Part shown: piece after piece, positions 39,597-50,256 of the stretch
Layout: the number at the start of each line of letters is the position of its first letter
Position numbering within the stretch: position 1 is the first letter of the stretch
Source: an uncultured virus (IMG/VR IMGVR_UViG_3300033155_000850)
Taxonomy: Duplodnaviria; Heunggongvirae; Uroviricota; Caudoviricetes
Virus record (IMG/VR): IMGVR_UViG_3300033155_000850
Length of the DNA stretch: 64,000 nucleotides
Direction: 5' to 3' (one strand)
Translations under genes and position numbers: made by a program
Notes under the pieces: model-generated
Told to the model about the DNA's origin: nothing
Database searches by the model: none
The model's input: the letters and a program-made list of their open reading frames with translations, nothing else

Positions 39597-40988
39597 TTAA
39601 GAAGACAGTATCTCTAGTAAAACGTTACTCATATTTTCTTTATTTCTAAGAGCTTTATAAGTACGTTTTTCTGCTGGAGAATTATGCATTTCTATAATTA
39701 TTTGGGTTCTTTCTTGACCAGGTCTTACGATTCTAGCATTAGCTTGTTTGAATATTTCATTAGAAGGTACTGGAGTAAACCATACTATATATCTAGACGC
39801 CGTCAAAGTTAACCCATGGCTAGTAGTGGCTGGTTGAGGAATTAGTACTTCTAAATCTCCATTCTGAAATTCTCGATATATTTTTGCTCGTGTTGTAGGG
39901 TTCATACCTCCATATACAGATGCACACTTAATACCTTTTTTCTTAAGAAACTCTTCAATCTGATAAATAGCTCCTCTAAACGTAGCAAATACTATCAGCT
40001 TATCTCTACCGGATTCTTCAAATATATTATACAGCTCGTTAAGTTTAGGCGAATTATCTATATAATTAATCGATTTATCTTCACCGTAAATACATCCAGA
40101 TGATATTTGTAGTAATTTTAAAGCTTTAACCCCTGCATTACTAGCGGATATTTCTCCATTTTTATACTGAACTAGGAATAACTCTTTCATTTCTTTATAG
40201 AGTCTAGTTTGTTCAGCCGACATTTTTATAGCTCTTTGTTCTACAAGAGTAGGCGGTAAATCTATACAATCTCTTAACTTATGTCGTATAGACGGAGATA
40301 ATACATTAGCTATTATATTCTGCCACCCAGTTCTAGGTATGTAATTATACATATCTAGTTGTATCATTATAGCGTCTCTAAATCTTGTCCAATAACCTTC
40401 AACAAAATTTAGAGTGTGTGGAGTAATGACTTTAGCTTGTCCAAATGCATCTAAAGGACTGTTAGCTGTGGGGGCTCCGCTCATACCCCATAAACCTCTA
40501 CGTTTATCTTCTATATGTATATGCTTAACTATTTTTTTCATAGCTCTAGTACGTTGAGACGTATTATTCTTAAACGCATAAAGCTCGTCAATAATTATAG
40601 CATCAAACTTTTTATGAACCAGTAAATTAGTTATGGTTTTAATACCGTCATGGTTTATTATGTAATAATGTACATTCGTATTCAATCTATTAATACGCTC
40701 TGCTTTAGAACCGTGTAATATTTGAAACGTACGATGAGGTAACTTGGTTCGTAATTCCTCAGCCCATACAAAATCTAGAGTAGATAAAGGAGCTACAACT
40801 AATACGTGTTTAATTTTATTATTGATAAATAGTATGTCTGTAGCCCATAATGCAGATAAAGTTTTACCTGTTCCCATTTCATCTAACACATATCCAATTG
40901 AATTACGCAGCATAAAGCTTATCGTTTCCAATTGATGGTCAAACGGAGCCTTTACTCCGTAAAATGGATATGAGTCTAGTAATTTCAT
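39597..40988 (-). CDS. SNF2-family DNA helicase
   Basis: DEMGTGKT, IIDE, SGAP, HGLTLT.S, QANARI.RPGQ. Confidence 0.92.
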   Translation of the reverse strand: MKLLDSYPFYGVKAPFDHQLETISFMLRNSIGYVLDEMGTGKTLSALWATDILFINNKIKHVLVVAPLSTLDFVWAEELRTKLPHRTFQILHGSKAERINRLNTNVHYYIINHDGIKTITNLLVHKKFDAIIIDELYAFKNNTSQRTRAMKKIVKHIHIEDKRRGLWGMSGAPTANSPLDAFGQAKVITPHTLNFVEGYWTRFRDAIMIQLDMYNYIPRTGWQNIIANVLSPSIRHKLRDCIDLPPTLVEQRAIKMSAEQTRLYKEMKELFLVQYKNGEISASNAGVKALKLLQISSGCIYGEDKSINYIDNSPKLNELYNIFEESGRDKLIVFATFRGAIYQIEEFLKKKGIKCASVYGGMNPTTRAKIYREFQNGDLEVLIPQPATTSHGLTLTASRYIVWFTPVPSNEIFKQANARIVRPGQERTQIIIEMHNSPAEKRTYKALRNKENMSNVLLEILSS

Positions 40989-41374
40989 TTTTTTATCAGT
41001 TTTCTAGCTTTTTCAAATGTAACCATACTACCATACATACGTGAAGACAATCTTTTAGATATTTGTTTAAGAAGTATTCGTCGTCTATTTCTATTAGGTT
41101 CATCGGAAATAAATACTAAATACTCTACTCTATGAGCCTCTAATTCTTGAGTAAATCTGAATTCAGTGTCTATTAAATATCTAGCCCACCAACCCTCTAT
41201 ATCATCACCTTGCTGTATTCCATGAACTCTTTCATGTGCCAATAAAGATTTAGATAGCTTATCTCCAGATGGATTATATACTATATCGCCCCAAGAAAAT
41301 GTTTCTTTTCCAGTAATAGGAAATACATTCTTAATAGCTTGTATATTAGGTGGAAATTCGTTAATTATTTTCAA
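40985..41374 (-). CDS. HExxH zincin-like protein
   Basis: LLAHERVHGIQQ...ELEAH. Confidence 0.6.
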   Translation of the reverse strand: MKIINEFPPNIQAIKNVFPITGKETFSWGDIVYNPSGDKLSKSLLAHERVHGIQQGDDIEGWWARYLIDTEFRFTQELEAHRVEYLVFISDEPNRNRRRILLKQISKRLSSRMYGSMVTFEKARKLIKK

Positions 41375-42131
41375 GTAATTTTGTCCTATTTAAATAACCG
41401 TCTAAATGCTGTGGATTACAGAAATTAACACCCATAACAACTAGCTTACGTGCTATAAATTTTTGACAGTAAATACATCTGTGATTATAATATTGTTCGG
41501 GTAAGTCATCACCATCTGCTTTTGCGGCTTGAAATATTAACCAGTTAATAAATCCTTCAATAGGGACCTTTAAGACTTGATCTTGTCTAATACCTGACGG
41601 AGCCATATCTTTAATAAAAGCTTCTAATAATTCACTAGCATTCAAGAATCGGTTAAAAGCTTGTATAGTACAGTGTTCTCTAGCTACTCGTGTATTAGAA
41701 TCATGTATGGTGTAATGATGATCATCTTCTATATCTATTATAGTGCCATCAGGTAATTCTAATAATGAATTAGGTTTAACTTTATGCCAATTTAAGCCTC
41801 GTGCTATTCTATATGCAGGAATTTCTATGGTTTTAACATCGATATTACAATGGTCTAATTCACGTTTTATAACTTCTTCTAAATGTTCATGTGGTACATT
41901 CTCTAAATACTTAGGATTTATCAACGGTACTACAGGCATTGGGGTTCTTTGTGCAATCCTAAGTGGTGGACCTTGTCCACCCCAATCTCCACCCCCAGAA
42001 AGTGGAGTCCCAGATCCAGATGCTGTACTCATAGTACTAGTGAATGCTGTAGTTGAAGTACCTCCAGAAGTACCTACATATAGGTTAGATCCAGCTACAG
42101 TAGAAACTAAAGACACTACGCTATTCCCCAT
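41361..42131 (-). CDS. Hypothetical protein with C-terminal CxxC...C..H
   Basis: ORF; low-complexity N-terminus. Confidence 0.55.
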   Translation of the reverse strand: MGNSVVSLVSTVAGSNLYVGTSGGTSTTAFTSTMSTASGSGTPLSGGGDWGGQGPPLRIAQRTPMPVVPLINPKYLENVPHEHLEEVIKRELDHCNIDVKTIEIPAYRIARGLNWHKVKPNSLLELPDGTIIDIEDDHHYTIHDSNTRVAREHCTIQAFNRFLNASELLEAFIKDMAPSGIRQDQVLKVPIEGFINWLIFQAAKADGDDLPEQYYNHRCIYCQKFIARKLVVMGVNFCNPQHLDGYLNRTKLLENN

Positions 42132-42427
42132 TTTTTACGAATATGTTCAGAAGCTGTATTAGTTTCCATAGGTAAGGTTTTATGGCTCCAAGACCTTTCA
42201 GTAGTGCAATCTACAGTACCTCCACTACCCCAACGATCGCCAGTTACTACTCCTTTCTTAATTTTACGCCAGTGTTTATGACCACAGTATGGACATATAA
42301 TTTTATGATTACCGTCTAAATCATAATCTAACTTAGCTACAAATTTATTATGACATTCGTTACAGTCTAGTGGGGTGTTTACTATACCTTCATGGTAATC
42401 AAATCCATCAGCATCAAACATACCCAC
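42116..42427 (-). CDS. Zinc-ribbon protein
   Basis: CNEC...CPYCGH.H. Confidence 0.65.
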   Translation of the reverse strand: MGMFDADGFDYHEGIVNTPLDCNECHNKFVAKLDYDLDGNHKIICPYCGHKHWRKIKKGVVTGDRWGSGGTVDCTTERSWSHKTLPMETNTASEHIRKKWGIA

Positions 42428-42911
42428 TATTTGGTCAACTGTTCAAGTGCGTTTTGAATTCCTTTCATAATTTTTATAGCTGCTTTTTCAGTTTTCGTAC
42501 CTGTTTTATGGGCATGCTCATCTGATACTATTACGTCACCCTTAAGTTTACGTGATACAGCTACTCTTTCCGCTGCGGATATAAGCCTATCTGCTGAAGG
42601 AAAACGTACACCATCTTTAGCACCAATTTCTATTATCTTTTCCCAAGGGAATGCAGTCTTGTCATGCCAAGTCCATTTATCTCTCTTACCGGGTTTCCAA
42701 GAATATGCTTTCTTGAAATCTCGTTCTTTCATAGCATCACGATATTCTAATGGATTATCTGGATCCATTAAATCAAATACTGAGTATATTACTCTACCGT
42801 TTTCAGCACCTTCAACGAATATTAATGATCCGTCTTTATGTTCGGCCCAGCAACCGGTTCCTAATGTGTCTTTATTACTGGCTCGTGCCCCCGGCACGTC
42901 TTTTGTTGACA
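42427..42911 (-). CDS. Hypothetical protein (start reassigned to MSTKDVPG)
   Basis: AGGAG RBS upstream of the ATG at 42911. Confidence 0.65.
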
Positions 42912-42925
42912 TCTTAATTCTCCTA

Positions 42926-43294
42926 CTATAAAGTGTTATGTTGTTCCAACTGGGTTTTCTTTGAAATTTCAATTCTGATACTGTGCGTTTTAGATTTTGA
43001 TAAGGTCCTAGTTTTCTGTATGTTAGTGAACCTTTTACTCTGTATGATATTACCCATTCCAGATTCGGCATTTTGTTTTTGTAAGAGCTCATCTCTGTGC
43101 GCCTTATAATATTTAAACTGTCGTGTAAACCATTTCTTAAGTCGCTTATAGGACCTTCGGATGTTTCTATTTTCAGAATCTAATTTGTAGTTAGAAGCTG
43201 TGATTTGTTCAAGTTCACAACCTAGTTCAGCTATTAGTTCGAAATTAGGACCTTCGGACTTTACTACTTCGAATGCTCTATCTATTAACTTCAT
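42926..43294 (-). CDS. Hypothetical protein
   Basis: Operon packing. Confidence 0.5.
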   Translation of the reverse strand: MKLIDRAFEVVKSEGPNFELIAELGCELEQITASNYKLDSENRNIRRSYKRLKKWFTRQFKYYKAHRDELLQKQNAESGMGNIIQSKRFTNIQKTRTLSKSKTHSIRIEISKKTQLEQHNTL

Positions 43295-43557
43295 TTCCCT
43301 GTACGATCTTTTATACCTTGTACAGTACCGGCGAGGTTCTGCACAAGTCCGCCAGTTAACATGGCTACGTATTTTTGACCGTTTTCATCTTCAAATACAA
43401 AGTCAACAGTTGGATTACCATCTACTGTACCATTACCAACTACAACCGCTGTTGTTAGATTCGCCGCTTTATATTCCGGCTGCTCGTAGTTTGGTGCCTC
43501 TTGCGGTGAGTCATGTAGTAAAATATTTAGATCATTTGTTCCTAGGTTCATTGACAT
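43291..43557 (-). CDS. Hypothetical protein
   Basis: GGAGG RBS. Confidence 0.65.
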   Translation of the reverse strand: MSMNLGTNDLNILLHDSPQEAPNYEQPEYKAANLTTAVVVGNGTVDGNPTVDFVFEDENGQKYVAMLTGGLVQNLAGTVQGIKDRTGK

Positions 43558-43717
43558 TACTAACCCTCCCTTTTTGCATCAGTATATATTATAGCACAAC
43601 CTATGCCATACATTATAAATAATATACCCAGTCCTGTTTTCCAATTGAATATTATACCGAACCCAGTACTTATAAATACTAAGGCTATTAAATCCATATA
43701 GCCTGTTTTTGATCGAC

Positions 43718-44185
43718 TCATAATGCTACCAATATAAGTACAACACCTAGTAATCCTTGATACCAACGAACTTCCATTGACTTAGCCTTACGTTCGTCAT
43801 CTATACGCTCAAGTTCATTTTGAGCGTAGTTATTATGTAATTTAGCTTTCTCTATTAATGTATTAAAGGCAGCTATAGCGTCGTCTACAGACCCAGCATT
43901 ATTCATGGCTATATCATAATTTGACTGTTCAATAACTTGACAGGACCTTTGGAGTTTCAATCCTTCAGCATCCATGTACAGTATAACTTCACCATTTAAT
44001 TGGGTCTCTTTTAATTCAGGCCAAACACATTGATCTAACGGCACTTCTGCCTTAATATCTATATTATCTTGTTCAAATAGAATTACTGTAGGTGCGGAAC
44101 TACAGCCTGTCGCGATTATAGTCGTCAAGCAAAGACTTAACGCTACCACTCCCGTCTGCGATTTTATCAAGTGTGTTAATAGCAT
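43718..44185 (-). CDS. Lipoprotein, o-spanin candidate
   Basis: Lipobox IATGC; overlaps the 3' end of the i-spanin-like gene. Confidence 0.55.
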   Translation of the reverse strand: MLLTHLIKSQTGVVALSLCLTTIIATGCSSAPTVILFEQDNIDIKAEVPLDQCVWPELKETQLNGEVILYMDAEGLKLQRSCQVIEQSNYDIAMNNAGSVDDAIAAFNTLIEKAKLHNNYAQNELERIDDERKAKSMEVRWYQGLLGVVLILVAL

Positions 44186-44411
44186 TAGTTTTAGCCTCTC
44201 TATTCTTAGTTTGTCGTTTCTTTAATGACTCAACACTAGCCTCAATTTCAGAATCTTTAACATTGATAGCATTTTGAGTTAAATCTCGTATTTCGTCATT
44301 AGCTTCACGCTCTTTCTTATTGGCTGATGATAATTTAACTGCAGCCAAACCGAAGAGCATAGCCCCAACGAATAAGAAAATGTATTTTTTCAGTAATAGT
44401 AGATACTTCAT
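44100..44411 (-). CDS. i-spanin candidate
   Basis: N-terminal TM plus coiled coil; overlapping lipoprotein gene. Confidence 0.55.
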   Translation of the reverse strand: MKYLLLLKKYIFLFVGAMLFGLAAVKLSSANKKEREANDEIRDLTQNAINVKDSEIEASVESLKKRQTKNREAKTNAINTLDKIADGSGSVKSLLDDYNRDRL

Positions 44412-44413
44412 GT

Positions 44414-44788
44414 TTATCCCTCTACATTAGGTTTAGGTATATTTGGATAAATACCCATCATTCGTTCTATTTGACAACACAAATTTTGCCTCACAGCTAC
44501 TATATCTATTCTATTGAAATTTAAGCTATATAGATCGTTCTCAGTCAAAACCCCATTTTCACCCTTATTAGCTTCATTATAACCTGCTTCATTTTGATCA
44601 AACGCTGAAAGAAAACAAGCTCTAATAAAGCAGTCAGATAAATCTCTAAATGTGATACCCTTAATTTCAGTTTTACCTCGCTCACCATGAGTAGTATGGG
44701 GTTGACCTATATAAAGCCTATTTCTATTCATGTTATGGTCATCACATTCTGGAAAAGCTTTTTCAAGAATTCGTTCAAGACTCATCAT
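44414..44788 (-). CDS. Hypothetical protein
   Basis: AGGAG RBS. Confidence 0.65.
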   Translation of the reverse strand: MMSLERILEKAFPECDDHNMNRNRLYIGQPHTTHGERGKTEIKGITFRDLSDCFIRACFLSAFDQNEAGYNEANKGENGVLTENDLYSLNFNRIDIVAVRQNLCCQIERMMGIYPNIPKPNVEG

Positions 44789-44867
44789 TCACTCCTAATT
44801 GAGGCTGTGGATTCCTACACCACTGATTAAGGTTCACTTAAAGGGTGTCCACCTCATTATGTTAACT

Positions 44868-45077
44868 CTATGTTGACTTTTTAGGTAAAGTTACACCAAA
44901 CTTATTAGCTATTATTACTTGGGCTACACCAGTAAGCCCTTGAGATACAGCCATAAGTGGTCCGGCTGACATCTTATTCTCAGGATTTAAAGCATCCCAT
45001 ATAAAAGCTAGTGCTGTCATTATTCCAAATACTATTTGTCCTACAGTAATTCTTTTTCCTATCAATAAATTGTTCAT
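44868..45077 (-). CDS. Holin candidate (two TM helices)
   Basis: 69 aa, two hydrophobic segments, basic C-terminus; GAGG RBS. Confidence 0.45.
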   Translation of the reverse strand: MNNLLIGKRITVGQIVFGIMTALAFIWDALNPENKMSAGPLMAVSQGLTGVAQVIIANKFGVTLPKKST

Positions 45078-45300
45078 GGCGGTACCTCATTTGTTTCTCA
45101 ACAGTAAGATCATCCCCTTCAAATTTTTCTTGATAGAGGCTCTCTTGCACGTCGTTATAGCCTTACTTTTATACGGACCCCCGGTTACCGTAACTATATT
45201 ATAATCTTTATACATAGTGTATTTTTCTATAACATATTCATACTCGTGATCTTCATAAGTAATCGTCTTTCTTTCTATTTCCTCTATATTAGCTGTAATA

Positions 45301-45621
45301 TCATATAAGCCTGATAGAGAGAACTTGTTCGATCGTTTCATATAGCTCTTCCAACTGGTCCTCATTACGACCATACATGGCACACCATATTCCGCCAGCT
45401 TTCTCTATACGACGGCCCTCTAGTTCTTGTAAAGCAGTTAATTTACCTTTAATAGTCTTAACTTCAATAGTTACAAATAAACCTTTAATACACATAACTA
45501 AATCAGGTACACCACGTTTACCATATTGACCTACATGAGTAACATAGATATAAGAACTTGGGTACTTCTTTAAAATCTTAGCTTTAATCCAGCTCTTAAC
45601 AGCACCCTCAGGTGTAGGCAT
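45301..45621 (-). CDS. VRR-NUC nuclease
   Basis: TPEG.VK, G.PDL, IEVK...G.LT.LQ. Confidence 0.88.
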   Translation of the reverse strand: MPTPEGAVKSWIKAKILKKYPSSYIYVTHVGQYGKRGVPDLVMCIKGLFVTIEVKTIKGKLTALQELEGRRIEKAGGIWCAMYGRNEDQLEELYETIEQVLSIRLI

Positions 45622-46001
45622 TAGTATCTACTCCTAAATTCATCGCTTTTTACTGTAGGTCCGTTAGAATCTATGAATTGCAATGTGCACTCTCCTACGA
45701 ATCTTTCAAATCTATTAATTTTACTCGGTTGAGATATTGCGTAGTGATCAGTTGAAACCTCAAGTTCTGGACTGGTTATAGACTCACGGCCTTCAATAAA
45801 TCCGACTAATCTATCACGTTGGGCATGAACAAATCTTACGTGGCGTTGTAATTTCAGTATTTCAGCATCTTTCTTAACTATAGTAGACCTTTGACCTGTT
45901 ATAATATCAGATTTATTATCTAACTCTTTATCTAGCTGTTGAATTTGGTTTATAGCTATATCGATTTCTATTTGTTTTGATTTTAATGTTTCTCTAACCA
46001 T
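45621..46001 (-). CDS. Coiled-coil hypothetical protein
   Basis: Operon packing. Confidence 0.6.
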   Translation of the reverse strand: MVRETLKSKQIEIDIAINQIQQLDKELDNKSDIITGQRSTIVKKDAEILKLQRHVRFVHAQRDRLVGFIEGRESITSPELEVSTDHYAISQPSKINRFERFVGECTLQFIDSNGPTVKSDEFRSRY

Positions 46002-46009
46002 GATTTCAC

Positions 46010-46762
46010 CTACATTTGTTTACTGAATGGACACTGTTCTTTAGTAGCAGGACACCATTTACAGTATTGGTTTATTTTTGGATCCCACTTATCTTCACTA
46101 TTTACTCTAACATGTTCACTTATAAAGTGAGCTTTAAACTCCTCATACTGATCACGTTTAAAGTGGACCTTTACAGTTTGTTTATGGTCTACAAACAAGT
46201 ACGCTACATCAATTACTTGGATTTCTGGTTCTATAGCAAATATCATAGTTGCATTGAGATGTAGTTGACCTCCATACTGATCGTAGTCTCTAACTTTACC
46301 TGTTTTATAATCTACTATTAAACCTCTACCTGGCTTAAATGCTATCAAATCTAAAATAGCTCTTAGATATGCTTTACTGCTATCGAACCAACCAGCTTTA
46401 CCCCAATTTCTATCTAAACATAGCTGTTGCTCAGGTAGTACGCTAGTATATGACTCATATATGCCGTCTATAATTGGAATAGCATTTTTAGCTTCATTAC
46501 ACATTTTAGGTTTTTCGAATGATTCTCCCGCATTTTTCCACATAACATAGTTTTCTAACTGTCCGTGTACTCTATTACCTCGGACAAAGTTAGGATTTTT
46601 ACTGTCATCTGGAAAAGCTTTATCCAAATACTGTAATCTAAATTTACGAGGGCAATTCTGATATGTACTCAGTCTGCTATATGATAATGCTATTTCTCCC
46701 ATTAACTTTCTCCGTGAGTACAGCCTTCGGCTGGACATGGGTTTATTCGTTTTATGGTCCAA
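46010..46762 (-). CDS. PD-(D/E)XK exonuclease (Cas4/RecB-like); likely start 46700
   Basis: SYS.L..Y..CP, RG..VH..LE, D..., DYKTGK, QL.L, C.WCP...C. Confidence 0.88.
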   Translation of the reverse strand: MDHKTNKPMSSRRLYSRRKLMGEIALSYSRLSTYQNCPRKFRLQYLDKAFPDDSKNPNFVRGNRVHGQLENYVMWKNAGESFEKPKMCNEAKNAIPIIDGIYESYTSVLPEQQLCLDRNWGKAGWFDSSKAYLRAILDLIAFKPGRGLIVDYKTGKVRDYDQYGGQLHLNATMIFAIEPEIQVIDVAYLFVDHKQTVKVHFKRDQYEEFKAHFISEHVRVNSEDKWDPKINQYCKWCPATKEQCPFSKQM

Positions 46763-46944
46763 CTATGACCATTACTACATGTATAACTACGTGTATGTGT
46801 ATTAGGATCGTGGTCATGATAAATACCTTCTTCATCCCAATAAGTCGTATACGCCATTAATGTGGTGGAACCTCCTTGCATATATACTTTACTAACTTGA
46901 TTGGATTCTTCACACTCAGAACATTTCATAATTTTCTTCCGCAA
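46702..46944 (-). CDS. Small zinc-binding protein
   Basis: CSEC...HDHDPN...CSNGH. Confidence 0.55.
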   Translation of the reverse strand: MRKKIMKCSECEESNQVSKVYMQGGSTTLMAYTTYWDEEGIYHDHDPNTHTRSYTCSNGHSWTIKRINPCPAEGCTHGES

Positions 46945-47035
46945 TGAGCACAGTAATATTTAGGGTGCTTATTTTTACGATATACTATACGAGTTTTAGG
47001 TTTTTTACGATCACAACCATTTGAATTACATTTTC

Positions 47036-47236
47036 TCATTTAATCATACCTACAAAATTACCGTCACGATCATAAATTCTTTTGGACCTTTCATTTATGT
47101 GTCCAGCAAAATTACCTTTACTATCATAGATTCTAAGAGTATCAGAACTACTAGATACAGTAGACGGTGTATATTCTTTATGTGAGGCGCACGCCGTGAG
47201 TAAGAGCGCCAGAATCATTACTAATATCTTATTCAT
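47036..47236 (-). CDS. Small lipoprotein
   Basis: LLTAC lipobox; duplicated RIYD..GNF.G. Confidence 0.6.
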   Translation of the reverse strand: MNKILVMILALLLTACASHKEYTPSTVSSSSDTLRIYDSKGNFAGHINERSKRIYDRDGNFVGMIK

Positions 47237-47256
47237 TACTTATCCTTTTAACCACT

Positions 47257-47817
47257 TTACACTGTATTTCCACATTTTGAGCATTTACCGTCAATGACCT
47301 TATAGAGCGACCACCAACAATTACGATGTTTTTTACAGGTCGGACACCATTCGACACGATCTTGTTTTGAATCATCTAAAACTGGAACAGGCGCACTAGG
47401 AAGCGGCATCCAGTGTGTAACATATTCTGTATCATGTCCTAACCAGCCACCATAGGCTGGAGTCCAACCATGTCTAGTAACATATTTGTGACCTGGATGT
47501 TGTACATAAACTATATAGCTTCCTATCTCCTTAGGTGGCAATCTATCTTCTACTGACACCCAACGATTATTTAATTCAGCTATCAGACATTCAATATTTG
47601 GCACAATTTCTGATGGCAGTACTCCTTTAGACCCAAGAGCAACAATGATTTCATCTTCACGTTGTTGATAGGAGTCTACATCATCAGCTAATTTATCGAT
47701 TTCGTTACAAACATCGATACAGTTAGAGCGATGTGGAGACAGTAGTCTATAACTAGCAACATGTCGTCTTAGTATTTCAGTCGATTTAGTCATCAGACTT
47801 ATTCTCTGGTCCGCCAT
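47257..47817 (-). CDS. DUF551-domain protein
   Basis: WVSVEDRLP...VTHWMPLP..P. Confidence 0.8.
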   Translation of the reverse strand: MADQRISLMTKSTEILRRHVASYRLLSPHRSNCIDVCNEIDKLADDVDSYQQREDEIIVALGSKGVLPSEIVPNIECLIAELNNRWVSVEDRLPPKEIGSYIVYVQHPGHKYVTRHGWTPAYGGWLGHDTEYVTHWMPLPSAPVPVLDDSKQDRVEWCPTCKKHRNCWWSLYKVIDGKCSKCGNTV

Positions 47818-47984
47818 GAGAGAAACATGCTAAACTAGGAACATATCCATCGTAAGCATTAAAGCGACCTTCTGGTTTACCGTAAGCAGGCTCATCACAA
47901 AATCCAGCAGGTAATCCACCCATCCACATTGGAACAGAACACTTGCCCTCACCGTCTGTCAACTCTTCATGGTGTTTTGAGCAT

Positions 47985-48257
47985 TTAGCCATTGGCTTTG
48001 TCCTTGGCAGATCCATCAACGATTATAGTTTCACGTTCACGACGGTATTCTTGAATCGATTCTCGTAACGTTTGTGCGGCAACTCGTGCTGTATCTTCTA
48101 GTGCCATTGCAGTTACATCGAAATATTTATCACAAGCTTCTGAATCAAGAGCTAAAGCTATCTTATTCTCTCCATCTACAAACTCTATACTACCCAAATA
48201 CATTCCTTTATCTGGTCCATATTGTTTGAGTTCAATTTTTAATGACGTCATTTTCAT
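47985..48257 (-). CDS. Hypothetical protein
   Basis: Operon packing. Confidence 0.6.
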   Translation of the reverse strand: MKMTSLKIELKQYGPDKGMYLGSIEFVDGENKIALALDSEACDKYFDVTAMALEDTARVAAQTLRESIQEYRRERETIIVDGSAKDKANG

Positions 48258-49048
48258 GTTAATTCAGTCTCATTTTTATCAGAACCTGTACCAGTACTAG
48301 AATTTCTCAATCTAGCAGCGCCGGTTTCTGAAGTATCAACTAATTCTCCACAATCAACACATCTAGCAGTGCCATCACTTTTACTTACGAGATCATGTCC
48401 ATCTACACATGGATTTAAAGACATTCGTAATGTTTTCAACTCTTCACCGTAATCAGGACCTTTATACTTATGACCTCGAATTTCGAATGCCATCTGAAAA
48501 GCCCCATCTATATGGGATTGACATTCATCTAATTTATCAACGAATGCCTGTGTAGATTCTGTTAAACGGTTAAAACGTTCTTGTAATTCATGAATATCGA
48601 TACTTGCTTTATTTAACGTAGCTTCATTAAGTATAGAAAGTTTCTTCCATTCTTCTAACCCCCAATCAGGGTGTCTATCAGTTAAATCACTCATTATTTG
48701 ATCCAAAAATTTCAACACTCTTCATAATACCTGATAGTATGTCTAAACAATCCGAATTCAAATACAAATCTCGATTAGTATGTTTATAAACACACTTTTT
48801 ATCCTGTGTCCACATTTCACCACACTGACATCCGTTTATAAAAACTATGGCCGTGCCACTTGTGCTATTAGGTCGAATATCTATTTTAGGAAGAGCCATC
48901 TTGTTTATCCTTTATTACTGACCTGTTTAAATGAACTATAGCTTTTCTACTAGCTTTCCAAGCATTAAATGCTGTACGTTTTGTTAATTCATTACGTGAA
49001 TATGCATAACCACTATGTTTCCAGTAATCTTCAAATGCTTGTGTGTAT

Positions 49049-49579
49049 TTAGCCATTATTTTCTATGTCCTGTGGTATGAATCGAATAACTTTCTTACCG
49101 TCTTCATTTATTTGAGCACAGTCCATATGTATTCCACCAGGGGGTCGACCGCATACTACACAACCAAAACCATAGTTTTCTAAGTTTTCAAGAGCTTTTG
49201 TTTTCATAGCGTCTACGTCAAAACCTTCACGTTCTAACGTATCACAAAGTATTTTATTTTCAATTTCAAGTTGATCAATACGTTTTTGTTTATCACTTCT
49301 AACGTTTAAAGCTAATCCACCCCATTGAAAACTGGGAGATTCTATACACGTATTACCAAATCTACTATGAATTGTTGTGCAGTAACGAATCAAATCGAGA
49401 ATAGTATTTAATTGTGGCATATTTGAACCAGCTAAAGGTTGATCATCAGAATACGGTCTATAGTCTTGGACCTTTTCTAATTCATCTGCAGCTTTCCATC
49501 TTAACTCCATTAACGGAGATCCCTGTACTCTAGGGTCTGCAGATCGATCTCTTCTTAGCTGGTCAATTAAATCACTCAC
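49049..49579 (-). CDS. Hypothetical protein
   Basis: Operon packing. Confidence 0.55.
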   Translation of the reverse strand: MSDLIDQLRRDRSADPRVQGSPLMELRWKAADELEKVQDYRPYSDDQPLAGSNMPQLNTILDLIRYCTTIHSRFGNTCIESPSFQWGGLALNVRSDKQKRIDQLEIENKILCDTLEREGFDVDAMKTKALENLENYGFGCVVCGRPPGGIHMDCAQINEDGKKVIRFIPQDIENNG

Positions 49580-49865
49580 CGTTTAATTCCTTTAAAGCCG
49601 CTCTAGCGTAATTACCTATTTTATATGTAGACATTAAATTAGTCTTATTAAACTCAATCCAAAATTCTGGTGTAAATCGTTCTTGAGAACACATCCACAT
49701 AAACACAGTATAATCATCATTAGCGTCTACATATGGATTAAATGCCCTAAATGTTCCATTAGCATTATGGTATCCAACGTCACCACCGTCATTTCTATAC
49801 GGCTCTTGATGGTAAATCTTTCTGTCAGGCCAAATAGCCTCTGCTAATTTAATTCTGTCATTCAT
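49572..49865 (-). CDS. Hypothetical protein
   Basis: FNP..DAND motif; operon packing. Confidence 0.55.
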   Translation of the reverse strand: MNDRIKLAEAIWPDRKIYHQEPYRNDGGDVGYHNANGTFRAFNPYVDANDDYTVFMWMCSQERFTPEFWIEFNKTNLMSTYKIGNYARAALKELNGE

Positions 49866-50256
49866 TATTTAAAAGCTTTATTATAGTATCTAGCCGTCTA
49901 CAGATTTCATATTCACCAAAAGTAAGACCACTCAATATCCTTTTACCACTTTGTTCGTAAATCACGTTAGGACTTAAACTAGGTGGACATGCAGAAGTGT
50001 CATGTTGTGTACCGCAAAATGTACATAGACTCATTTCAAAATCTCGGTGGACTAATGTATTTAGGTTTATAACTGTATATCCACTCTTCTATACGACGTA
50101 AACGTTCTTCTACTGTCATTGAATCAAGTTTAAAGAAGTGGTTTATTTTCTTTTCTTTTTCTACTATCTCACCACATAGATTACAATAAGTAGAATGTTC
50201 CCACACTCCTAGTTCTTTACATCTAGGGCATTCTTTTTTATGATCAAAATACGCCA

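Noticed and set aside
46010..46762. Cas4 as part of a CRISPR system
   Set aside because: Stand-alone PD-(D/E)XK exonuclease in the usual phage replication context
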